Notes under the pieces: generated by a model | Databases searched by the model: none | Seen by the model: only the letters and a program-made list of their open reading frames with translations | What the model was told of the DNA's origin: nothing | Program-made: the position numbers and the translations under genes | Shown: positions 18,254 through 26,636 of the stretch, in pieces | Numbering within the stretch: position 1 is the stretch's first letter | Layout: each line of letters starts with the position of its first letter | Source: Phycisphaerae bacterium | GTDB lineage: Bacteria; Planctomycetota; Phycisphaerae; UBA1845; Fen-1342 | DNA: 43,588 nt | Reading direction: 5' to 3' | NCBI GenBank assembly: GCA_018056925.1 | Contig: JAGPEO010000001.1 | Coordinates: 1-43,588, forward strand

Positions 18254-19891
18254 ATGCAACCCGCACCCCAGGAGCCGACCGCCCGAGGCACGTATATGCC
18301 GGCCGCTCGAGGCACGGATGTGTCGTACGCCCGAGCCGCGTATCTGCCTGTAGTGGCAGCCATCTGTTTGTTCACCCTGCTCGTGCTGCGCACCGCCTGG
18401 ATTTCGGACGACGCGTGTATCACATTTCGCACGATCGAGAATTTTCTCGGGGGGGACGGCCTACGGTGGAACGTCGATGAGCGCGTGCAAGTGTATACGC
18501 ATCCGTTATGGCTTTTTCTGCTGACCGCCTGCAGAGTGGTCACGGGCGAGCTCTCCCTGACTACCATTACCGTCTCAACGATCCTGTCGGTCGCGACGGT
18601 GCTGATCTTGGCCGGACGCCTGGCGGTGGCCGCATTGCCCGCGCTGGTCGGTGTGATGGCGTTGGCGCTCTCGAAAGCCTTCACTGATTTTTCAACTTCT
18701 GGGCTCGAGAACGCGCTCATGCACCTCCTTCTGGCCGGATTTGCGGTGGTCTATTTCGCCGGAGAGCCAACGCGCCGAACAGTATTCTGGTTATCCCTCC
18801 TGACCGCGCTACTCGTACTGACGCGGCCGGATGCGCTGCTGCTGGTCGCGCCGGCACTGGCGCTGACGCTGTGGCGCGTGCGGGCGTTTCTGCCGAGCGT
18901 CTTGGGGTTCATTCCACTGATTGCCTGGGAGCTCTTCTCGCTGATTTATTATGGCTTTTTGCTGCCCAACACTGCCTATGCCAAGCTGAATACCGGCTTG
19001 CCGCAGCACGTCCTGGCCGAACGCGGAATGTACTACATAGTCCAGACGCTACAGCATGATTCGCTCACGCTGGTCGTCCTGGCGGTTGGCCTCTTGACGC
19101 CGTTTCTGATGAACGCCCGAAAGCACATGCCGCTGGCGGTAGGAGCCTGCCTGTACATCGCGTACGTGGTAAGCGTAGGCGGTGATTTCATGCTCGGGCG
19201 GTTTCTGACCGCCCCCTTGTTAATTGCGGTCATTTTGCTGGCCCGCCAGCACCTGGCCACGCCGACCGCCCTCATCCTGCTGGCGTTGGTGATGATCATC
19301 GGCCTGGTTCCGAAGCGTGCGCCCATTTACGCCGACGAGAACTACGGGTCGCGGTATGACGGAATCTGCCTCGTGCAGGATGAACGCGCCTGCTATTACC
19401 CGCATACTGGGTTGTTGACCGCCTTCCACAGACGACAATTTCTCGATCACATCTGCGTCGAGCAGGGCCTGGCGGCCAGGCGGGCCGACAAGCCGGTCGT
19501 GCGCAGCTCGATCGGCATGTTCGGGCTCCATGCCGGCCGCGAGACGTTCATCGTGGACGAATTGGGGTTGGGCGACGCCTTGCTTGCGCGGCTGACGCCC
19601 ATTCCAGAGGAGGATTGGCGAATCGGACACCTGCACCGGGCAATTCCGGCCGGCTACCTCGAAACGCTGGCGACCGGGCACAACCAGATCGCCGACCCAG
19701 AACTGGCGGCGTACTACGACCGCATCGCCCTGGCAACGCGCGCGGATTTATTCGACCCCCGACGTTGGAAGGCGATAGCCGAGCTAAATCTGGGACTGGT
19801 TCGGCCGCCCCGAAAGTACGTGCTCGCCCAGGCGCCTACGGATCAAGGGGCCCGCGTCCGCGGGTCTTCTCGCGAGACCTCGACCCCGTAA
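18254..19891 (+). CDS. GT-C fold polytopic membrane glycosyltransferase (ArnT/PMT/Emb-like)
   Basis: At least 10 predicted TM helices. An acidic DD motif in the first loop (WISDDACITFR). A soluble C-terminal domain. Lies directly downstream of the GT2 gene. Confidence 0.65.
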   Translation: MQPAPQEPTARGTYMPAARGTDVSYARAAYLPVVAAICLFTLLVLRTAWISDDACITFRTIENFLGGDGLRWNVDERVQVYTHPLWLFLLTACRVVTGELSLTTITVSTILSVATVLILAGRLAVAALPALVGVMALALSKAFTDFSTSGLENALMHLLLAGFAVVYFAGEPTRRTVFWLSLLTALLVLTRPDALLLVAPALALTLWRVRAFLPSVLGFIPLIAWELFSLIYYGFLLPNTAYAKLNTGLPQHVLAERGMYYIVQTLQHDSLTLVVLAVGLLTPFLMNARKHMPLAVGACLYIAYVVSVGGDFMLGRFLTAPLLIAVILLARQHLATPTALILLALVMIIGLVPKRAPIYADENYGSRYDGICLVQDERACYYPHTGLLTAFHRRQFLDHICVEQGLAARRADKPVVRSSIGMFGLHAGRETFIVDELGLGDALLARLTPIPEEDWRIGHLHRAIPAGYLETLATGHNQIADPELAAYYDRIALATRADLFDPRRWKAIAELNLGLVRPPRKYVLAQAPTDQGARVRGSSRETSTP

Positions 19892-19919
19892 TCGGCGCGA
19901 TCCTGCGGCCTCGGCCCGA

Positions 19920-21284
19920 TCAGCACCCGCCCGGAATCTTGTATTTGGCCATCTTGTCGCGCAGCGTCGTCCGCGGAATGCCCAGCCGTTGGGCGGCCCG
20001 CACCTGGTTGTTATCGCATTGCCGCAGCGCCAGCAGGATCATCCGCCGCTCAATGTCCGAGAGCGTGTCCGTCAGCCCCGGCCGCGCACCCTCAGGCGGT
20101 TCCATGCCCGCGGCCCACGCCACCGGCTCGGTCGCTTCGACTACCGGCGCGGTTATGTGTTCCGGCCGGATTTCATGACCGCCGCAGAACGCCAGGGCGC
20201 GCTCCATCACGTGCTCCAGCTCGCGCACATTGCCCGGCCAGTTGTGCCGTAAGAGCTGATCGAGCGCCGCCGGCGAGATCGTCACCACCCGGTCGCCCGT
20301 CAACGCGGCGTGCTTTTTCAGGAAGTGTCGCGCCAGCAGCGGAATGTCGTCCGGCCGCTCGCGCAGCGGCGGAATCGCCAGGCTGATCACGTTCAGCCGG
20401 TAGTACAAATCTTCCCGGAACCGGCCTTCCTTGACGAGCTTGAGCAGATCGCACTTCGTCGCGCACAGCAGGCGCACGTCGACGTGCACGGGCGTCTCGC
20501 CGCCGACGCGCTCAAACTCCTGCTGCTCGACGACGCGCAGCAGCTTGACCTGAATTTCCACCGGGATGTCGTCCACCTCATCCAGCAGAATCGTCCCCGT
20601 GTGCGCCAGCTCGAACCGCCCTGGCTTCTGCCGGATCGCCCCGGTAAAAGCCCCCTTTTCGTGCCCGAACAATTCGCTTTCGAGCACCGAAGCCTGCAAG
20701 GCCGCACAACTGAATCGTACGAACGGCTTATCAGCCCGGCGGCTGAGGTCGTGAATAGCCTCGGCGAAAAGCTCTTTGCCGGTGCCGCTCTCGCCGCACA
20801 ACAGAATCGTGCGATCAGTATCGGCCACGGCCCGCACCTGCGCGAACAGCCGCTTCATGCTCTGGCTGACGGCAACCAGTTGCGAGAGTTGCTCGACTTC
20901 CTCGTTCCGCGGGACTTCGCTGCGCACGGCCAGCAGGCGCTCCAGCTTGGGAACCAGTTCCTGGGTCGTGAAGGGCTTGGTGATGTAGTCGTACGCGCCG
21001 CCTTTGATGGCCTGCACGGCGGTGTCCACCGAGGCGTAGGCAGTCATCAGGATGACGCCGACGTCCGGCCGCGCCTGCTTGATATGCGCCAGCAGGTCTA
21101 GGCCGTTGGCGCCCGGCAGGCGAACATCCGATACGACGATGTCGATGGGCTTGGAATCGAAGATGCGCCGCGCCGCCAGCGCATCGGCGGCCTCGAAGAC
21201 TTCGAAGCCCAGTTCGCTGAGCTCGATCTGAAGCGTGATGCGCTTCAGCGGCTCGTCATCAACCACCAGGATGCGACCGCGCAT
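19920..21284 (-). CDS. Sigma-54-dependent response regulator (NtrC family enhancer-binding protein)
   Basis: REC domain (VVDDE...VSDVRLPG...TKPF), AAA+ Walker A GESGTGKE, GAFTGA loop, and a C-terminal Fis-type HTH (AAQRLGIPRTTLRDKM). Confidence 0.93.
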   Translation of the reverse strand: MRGRILVVDDEPLKRITLQIELSELGFEVFEAADALAARRIFDSKPIDIVVSDVRLPGANGLDLLAHIKQARPDVGVILMTAYASVDTAVQAIKGGAYDYITKPFTTQELVPKLERLLAVRSEVPRNEEVEQLSQLVAVSQSMKRLFAQVRAVADTDRTILLCGESGTGKELFAEAIHDLSRRADKPFVRFSCAALQASVLESELFGHEKGAFTGAIRQKPGRFELAHTGTILLDEVDDIPVEIQVKLLRVVEQQEFERVGGETPVHVDVRLLCATKCDLLKLVKEGRFREDLYYRLNVISLAIPPLRERPDDIPLLARHFLKKHAALTGDRVVTISPAALDQLLRHNWPGNVRELEHVMERALAFCGGHEIRPEHITAPVVEATEPVAWAAGMEPPEGARPGLTDTLSDIERRMILLALRQCDNNQVRAAQRLGIPRTTLRDKMAKYKIPGGC

Positions 21285-21474
21285 GCCCTGTCCCTCACAA
21301 TTCCAATCCGCGCTGCCGGATCAATTCGTCGCCGCGCCGCGACGGCCAGCAATTCGCCCCATATTGCCGGAATTGCCGCCATGAATCAACTGCCAAACAA
21401 AGTTACTGGACGGCCCAACCCACGACGGCACACCGGGCGGACCTTGACTTGGACCGCCTGCGGACAAAACTCCT

Positions 21475-22134
21475 TTGGCCTCCACTGCCACGGTTCAGGT
21501 TATGGTCGAAGCTGCCCAAGAACTAATCACCCGCTACGGCTACATTGGCCTGTTCGGATTGCTGGCGCTCGGCGTTGTCGGCGTACCCGCGCCGGACGAG
21601 ACGCTTGTCGCGGTCTCCGGACTTTTGATCAAAAAGGGCGAAATGAGCCTTGTGCCGACATTCCTGGCCGCGGTCGGCGGCAGCGCCGTAGGCGTCACTA
21701 TCAGCTTCGTGGTCGGCCGCGTCTTCGGCTTCCGCCTGATACACCGGTACGGCCATCTGCTGCACGTCACGGAAGAGCGCCTCGGGCGCTTCCAGCGCTG
21801 GTACGAACGTGTCGGACGGTGGACGCTGGTTTTTGGCTATTTCATACCGGGCATTCGACAGGTCACGGCTTTCGCCTCCGGAACGTCCGGGCTGTCGTGG
21901 GCCAGCTTCGCCGCATTCGCCTATTCCGGCGCGGTGCTGTGGGTCACGACGTTCCTTACGGCCGGCTATGTTCTCGAAGCGGAGTGGGAGAAGAGCTCGC
22001 CGAGAATGCACGCGGTAATCGTAGGCGTGGCCGGCGTAGGATTCGCGGTGGTCGCAACCTACGGCGTGCTGCGGCTCATGCGCTACAGACGCAACGTGAC
22101 GCCCGCCTCGAATTCGACGGCCCCCGATGAGTGA
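21475..22134 (+). CDS. DedA family membrane protein
   Basis: YGYIGLFGLLALGVVGVPAPDETLV and GYFIPGIRQVTAFASG are typical of DedA/SNARE-associated proteins. The start may be the ATG at 21502. Confidence 0.85.
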   Translation: MASTATVQVMVEAAQELITRYGYIGLFGLLALGVVGVPAPDETLVAVSGLLIKKGEMSLVPTFLAAVGGSAVGVTISFVVGRVFGFRLIHRYGHLLHVTEERLGRFQRWYERVGRWTLVFGYFIPGIRQVTAFASGTSGLSWASFAAFAYSGAVLWVTTFLTAGYVLEAEWEKSSPRMHAVIVGVAGVGFAVVATYGVLRLMRYRRNVTPASNSTAPDE

Positions 22135-22144
22135 AGCCCTCGCC

Positions 22145-22182
22145 GATAATTAGGGACAGTCACGTGACTGTCCCTAATTATC
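22145..22182. repeat. Perfect 38-nt palindrome between convergent genes (possible bidirectional terminator or operator)
   Basis: GATAATTAGGGACAGTCAC|GTGACTGTCCCTAATTATC, 19 + 19 nt with no mismatch. It is AT-rich relative to its surroundings and overlaps the stop codon of the 22181 ORF. Confidence 0.9.
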
Positions 22183-22863
22183 ACGGGCGGTCGCCGTTTA
22201 GGAAAAAGGGCAAATCCGCGGCGTCTCGTTCAACTCTCCCCGCGGAATACAGCACGTAGCGCCCGCCCTCATCGACGCCATCGATGTTCACGCTGTAGAG
22301 TACCGGGCGCGGCGCGTGTGGCACGTAGCCAATGGGCCGGTCATCCGCGGCAAACGGATCGCCTGGCACGCTCGGCAGATAATCGGGAACCAACTCGGCC
22401 AGGCGCTCTGGGCGTCGGCCGTAATCAAGCTCGTATAGTCTGATCGCCAGCGCCGTTGCGGCCATACGTCGCTCAGCCAGACCGTGCAAGACCACGTCCT
22501 GCAACATATCATATCTCGACGCCAGAATACTTCTGGGGTAGTGCGCCATCCGGCACGTCAGCGAATCGGCCCCGCCGAGCAAAAGCAGATTGGCATCAGC
22601 CGAGGGCCAAGTATGCAACGCGGATTCGGAGAAGCGGTATGCGCAGCATTGTTCTCATCCGCCACGGGCTCGCGCATGAAGTCTTCGAGCAGCACCGGCT
22701 GCCCCGCCGCGCGGCGTTCTTCGATTGCCGCGTCGAGTCGCCGTTGCGCCTCCCAACCCCACCAGAGACGCACGGCGAGCAGGAAGATCATGTACGCTAT
22801 GCCCGCGCAGGTAATGCGCTTGAGCCACCAGAAGCGCGGCGGATTGTAGGCGTCCTGTTCCAT
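22181..22863 (-). pseudogene. Frame-disrupted, internally shortened paralog of the 22985-24276 gene
   Basis: The N-terminal piece (22558-22863, RFWWLKR..LAVRLWWGWEAQRRLDAAI..DENNAA) and the C-terminal piece (22181-22618, ..ATALAIRLYELDYGRRPERLAELVPDYLP..FFLNGDRP) are in frames that differ by -1. Confidence 0.6.
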
Positions 22864-22984
22864 GCTCGAACCAGGCGTTAGTGCGCGCGCCGGGCAGAGC
22901 AACCTCGCCCACCGACTCGCTACAGTATACCGCCGCTAGCCGACGGCCCCGGCATTAGCGGCTGTCGACGCGCTCAGTATAGTT

Positions 22985-24276
22985 TTATTCACGATCATCC
23001 GGCATAGTTTCCACAGAAGACGATTGTGAAGCCGGCGCGGACTGCGTCGCGGCCGACTGCCCGGCAGATGCGGACGCCGCAAGCGGCGGGCGCGGGCGGT
23101 CGCCATTGAGGAAGAAGACTAAGTCCGCCGCGTCGCCGTCTACCGCGCCATTCGTTCTGAGCTCGAAGCGTCCGCCGTCATCCACGCCGTCCAGGTTCAG
23201 ACAGTACAGCACGGGCAGAGAAGCGTTCGGAGCATATCCAATGGGCCGGTCATCGGCCGCATACGGATCGCGCGGCACCGCCGGCAGGTAGTCGGGCACC
23301 AGTTCCTCCAGACGGTCGGGGCGCCGTCCGTGGTCAATCTCGTACAGACGAATGGCCAGGGCGGTCGCGGTCATGCGGCGTGTGGCGGGCGCCCGAAATG
23401 AAAGTTGCACCGCGCGCTCGAAAGAGGAGAGCAAGATTGAGCTGGGTAGATGCGCCATTTTGTCGATTTCGGAACGGCGCGTGACCTCGGCAGGTATGTG
23501 GGCAGCGGCCGCCGGCCAGTTTGCCGCGGCCATCGCATTCGCCATCTGAGTTGTCCATTCGGCCATGAAGGCCGTATCGAGCACCCAAGCCGGTCCGAGC
23601 AGGAGTAAGTGCGGGGCCAGCGTGCCCAGAATGGGCGACCCGCTGAACAGGCCCCAGCGCCCGTTCATGAACGCGTGTGCATCCTCTATCTGCGTCATGC
23701 GCTCGACATGCATAGCGCGTACCGCGGCTTGCCGGCATTCCGCTTCGTCGAGCAACGCCTCAATCAGCGCGCTTACCTGGGCACGGCTCGCGGGGCCGGT
23801 CAGCACGGGATCACCAGCGCCTTTTTCCTCTATATCGAGAGTGGGAGTGATTCGTTCCAACCCGTCGTAAGCCAGGGCGCTGACGCCAACACTCACCAGT
23901 TGCGACATCAGCGGTCCGTCCGCTAATGCGGCCGCAATTCCCAACATATCGTTGCAAGCCTCAAGCGCACCGGCGTCGTCGCCCGCGTTATGCCGCGCGA
24001 CAAGCACTACCAATTCCCATTCAGAAAAAAGGCCGCGTTCTCATCGTCCGGCAAAGGCGCGATAAGGAAATCGTCCACCAGCACCGGCTCACCCGCCGCG
24101 CGGCACTTCGCGATCGCGGCATCGAACCGTCGCTGCGCCTCCCAGCCCCACCACAGGCGAACGGCCAGCAAAACCACTAGCATGATCACGGCGTCGCACG
24201 CCAGGCGCTTGAGCCACCAGAACCGCGCCGGTATCAGCTTCTCGTTCTGCGTCGCATCACCCGATTTCGGAGACAC
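22985..24276 (-). pseudogene. Frame-disrupted membrane-anchored protein with GspG-like C-terminal motif (or a -1 recoding gene)
   Basis: The N-terminal ORF 24007-24276 (TM anchor, ..PLPDDENAAFF) and the C-terminal ORF 22985-24013 overlap in frames 0 and -1 across a T6 run (plus-strand A6 at 24025-24030). The C-terminus reads PDYLPAVPRDPYAADDRPIGY...LDGVDDGG. Confidence 0.6.
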
Positions 24277-24445
24277 CGAGGCCGACTAACTGGCGGTTCT
24301 ATACCCAGTTCAGCCGCCCCGCCTCCAGTCAGGCACGTAAAGCCCCCAAGTCCCCCTACGCGAGGCCCGCTCTGCTATCGCATAATTTGCGTCTGGGCCA
24401 AAGCCCGAGCGGCATTGTAGACGATGCCCGCGGGGCCACCCGAAA

Positions 24446-25096
24446 TCACGGCGGCAGGCTGACCTTCACGACCCCCTGCGTGGACACCACGCGCTTTGTT
24501 AGATACTCGATGAACGTCGCGTGAACCGTGATATCCGGATGGGCCGGCGGACCGGACGGCCATGGGCATTTGATCGTGTAGTGATTCGTCATCAGCTTGC
24601 CGTACCACAAATCGCGGGCCTGCTCGACCGGTATGACGTACTGACCGATCAGATTCTCGGCCGGCGGATTCGCCAGGTCGTAAAGCTGAATCCGAATCTC
24701 CCCCGCCACCTTCAGAACGTCGCCCGCCGCGTCCACGGGCTGAAGATAAAGCACGACGCCCTCATCGCCCGGCCGGCCGTCGATGTCATATCCTCCGGAG
24801 AGCGGGGCAATCACCAGCTTGGTGGGATAGAAGACGTTTTGCAGATCGTCATTCGTGAAGCCGCGCGCCGCTGCGAGCTGCTTCGTCAGCTCATCAATCT
24901 CGGCCTTTTGGCGGGCGAGCTGCTCGTTTTGCCTGATGATGACTTCGCGCTGGGTTTGAAGCTCGCGTTGCCCGGCCGTATCCGGCGGCGACCAGCAAGC
25001 TGTAAGGAACGCGGCGGCTAACCCGAGCACCAGAATGCCCGCAACGCGCCACCGCAGAAAGATACTCGCGATCAACTCCGCATCCTCGTCCTGCAT
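24446..25096 (-). CDS. Lipoprotein, function unknown
   Basis: Signal peptide with lipobox FLTAC, a short coiled coil, then a beta-rich domain. Confidence 0.7.
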   Translation of the reverse strand: MQDEDAELIASIFLRWRVAGILVLGLAAAFLTACWSPPDTAGQRELQTQREVIIRQNEQLARQKAEIDELTKQLAAARGFTNDDLQNVFYPTKLVIAPLSGGYDIDGRPGDEGVVLYLQPVDAAGDVLKVAGEIRIQLYDLANPPAENLIGQYVIPVEQARDLWYGKLMTNHYTIKCPWPSGPPAHPDITVHATFIEYLTKRVVSTQGVVKVSLPP

Positions 25097-25106
25097 CGGC
25101 TCAAGT

Positions 25107-25266
25107 CGCCGTTTGCCCTCGCTAGCGCTTGGGGCTCGGTCGCCGGCCGTCGCTAGCGCTTCGGGCTCGGGTCGCCGGCCCTCGCTGGCGCTACGGGCTC
25201 GGATTGTTGGCGCTCATTGGCGCTTCGGGGCCGATCGCTGGCGGCATCTGGCGCTTCGAATCGGCC
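25107..25266. repeat. Five degenerate tandem copies of a 31-34 nt unit
   Basis: Units start at 25107, 25141, 25173, 25205 and 25236. Consensus is roughly CGCCGGCCNTCGCTAGCGCTTCGGGCTCGGGT. The array fills the whole clpP-lipoprotein spacer. The period is not a multiple of 3. Confidence 0.85.
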
Positions 25267-25895
25267 TAGCTCTGCTCCGGCGGCGTCGCGCGCAGCGCCG
25301 GCTTGTCCGGCATCTGCTCCAGTATGCTGTCCGCCAGCCCGTACGCAACCGTCTGCTCGGCGTCCATCCAGTTGTTGCGGTCGCAATCGGCCGCGATCTG
25401 CTCGATCGGCTTGCCGGTGTGCTTGGCCAGCACGCGATACAGGTGTTCCTGCGTCCGCAGCATCTCGTCGAGCTCAATCTTCAGGTCGGTGGCCGGCCCG
25501 CGCGACTGCCCCAAGGGTTGGTGAATCATGGTCCGCGAGTGCGGCAGCACGAACCGCTTGCCCGGCCGGCCGGCCGCCGCCAGCACCGCCCCCATGCTGG
25601 CCGCCACGCCGATCACGTAAGTCGCGACCGGGCAGGGCACGAACTGCATCGTGTCGTAAATGCCCATGCCGCTGTAAACCGCCCCGCCGGGTGAATTTAT
25701 GTACAGGTGAATATCCGCGTTCTTGTCCTCGTTCGCCAGGAACAGCATCTGGGCGATCACAACATTCGTCAGCTCGGGCGTAATCTCATCGCCGAGGAAG
25801 ATGATGCGGTCCTTCAGCAGCCGCGAGTAGATGTCGTACGCGCGTTCGGCGCGTCCCTCGCGCTCGATCACGATCGGAATCAACTGGTTGTTCAT
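25266..25895 (-). CDS. clpP: ATP-dependent Clp protease proteolytic subunit (downstream copy)
   Basis: YSRLLKDRIIFLG, GVAASMGAVL (Ser), MIHQP (His), DCDRNNWM (Asp). Confidence 0.95.
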   Translation of the reverse strand: MNNQLIPIVIEREGRAERAYDIYSRLLKDRIIFLGDEITPELTNVVIAQMLFLANEDKNADIHLYINSPGGAVYSGMGIYDTMQFVPCPVATYVIGVAASMGAVLAAAGRPGKRFVLPHSRTMIHQPLGQSRGPATDLKIELDEMLRTQEHLYRVLAKHTGKPIEQIAADCDRNNWMDAEQTVAYGLADSILEQMPDKPALRATPPEQS

Positions 25896-25913
25896 GAAAC
25901 GCGGCGCTCCTGG

Positions 25914-26549
25914 TTATTTCTTGCTCTTCTTGGGTTTGCTTTCCTCGAGAATCTCGTCAATCAGCCCATATTCCTTGGCTTCCTCCGCCGTCATGTACCG
26001 GTCGCGCTCGATGTCCTTGGCGATTTGCTCGGACGACCGGCCGGTGCAGCGGGCAAGAATCTCGGTAATCGTCTTCTTCACTTTCAGAATCTCGTCGGCC
26101 TGAATGCGCATGTCCGCCGCCTGGCCGCCCATGTAGCCCCACGGCTGATGGATCATGACCTTGGCGTGCGGCAGAGCGTAGCGCTTGCCCTTCGTGCCGG
26201 CCGCCAGAATCAAGGCCGCCCCGCTGCTGGCCGCTCCGACGCAGTAAGTCGCGATCTCGGAGTTGAGGAACTGCATCGTGTCGTAGATCGCCAGCGTGTC
26301 GTCGATATCGCCGCCGGGACAGTTGATGTACAGGTGAATGTCCTGGTCGCGCTTGATCGACTGCAGGTACAACATGCTCTTGATCACGTGCGAGCAGACC
26401 GTGCTCGCATTGATCGTCACGTTCGGGTCGAGCGGCAGATCCAAGAAAATGATGCGGTTCTCAAGCAGCAGTTCGTTGAGGCCCATCTGTCGCTGGTATT
26501 GCATCTGCGACTGCATCCGCGGGCGTTCAACTGGCGGCCAATATGCCAT
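25914..26549 (-). CDS. clpP: ATP-dependent Clp protease proteolytic subunit (upstream, divergent copy)
   Basis: NRIIFLD, GAASSGAALI (Ser), MIHQP, DIERDRYM. N-terminal extension and an insertion after the IIFL motif. Confidence 0.9.
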   Translation of the reverse strand: MAYWPPVERPRMQSQMQYQRQMGLNELLLENRIIFLDLPLDPNVTINASTVCSHVIKSMLYLQSIKRDQDIHLYINCPGGDIDDTLAIYDTMQFLNSEIATYCVGAASSGAALILAAGTKGKRYALPHAKVMIHQPWGYMGGQAADMRIQADEILKVKKTITEILARCTGRSSEQIAKDIERDRYMTAEEAKEYGLIDEILEESKPKKSKK

Positions 26550-26636
26550 GCGGTCTCCTTCGGTATTACATCATACTTATAGCGCCGAGATCGCGGCTCA
26601 TCCCGGATTTTTTATCGGCCTGATCTTATCCGAGCT

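Noticed and set aside
23095-24045. FFLNG appears both at the frameshift junction of paralog B (ENAAFFLNGNW) and at the C-termini of both paralogs (FFLNGDRP). This suggested a recombination scar.
   Set aside because: The nucleotide sequences differ (TTTTTTCTGAATGGG versus TTCTTCCTCAATGGC). The junction copy is read in the frame that terminates 3 codons later. It is most likely coincidence.
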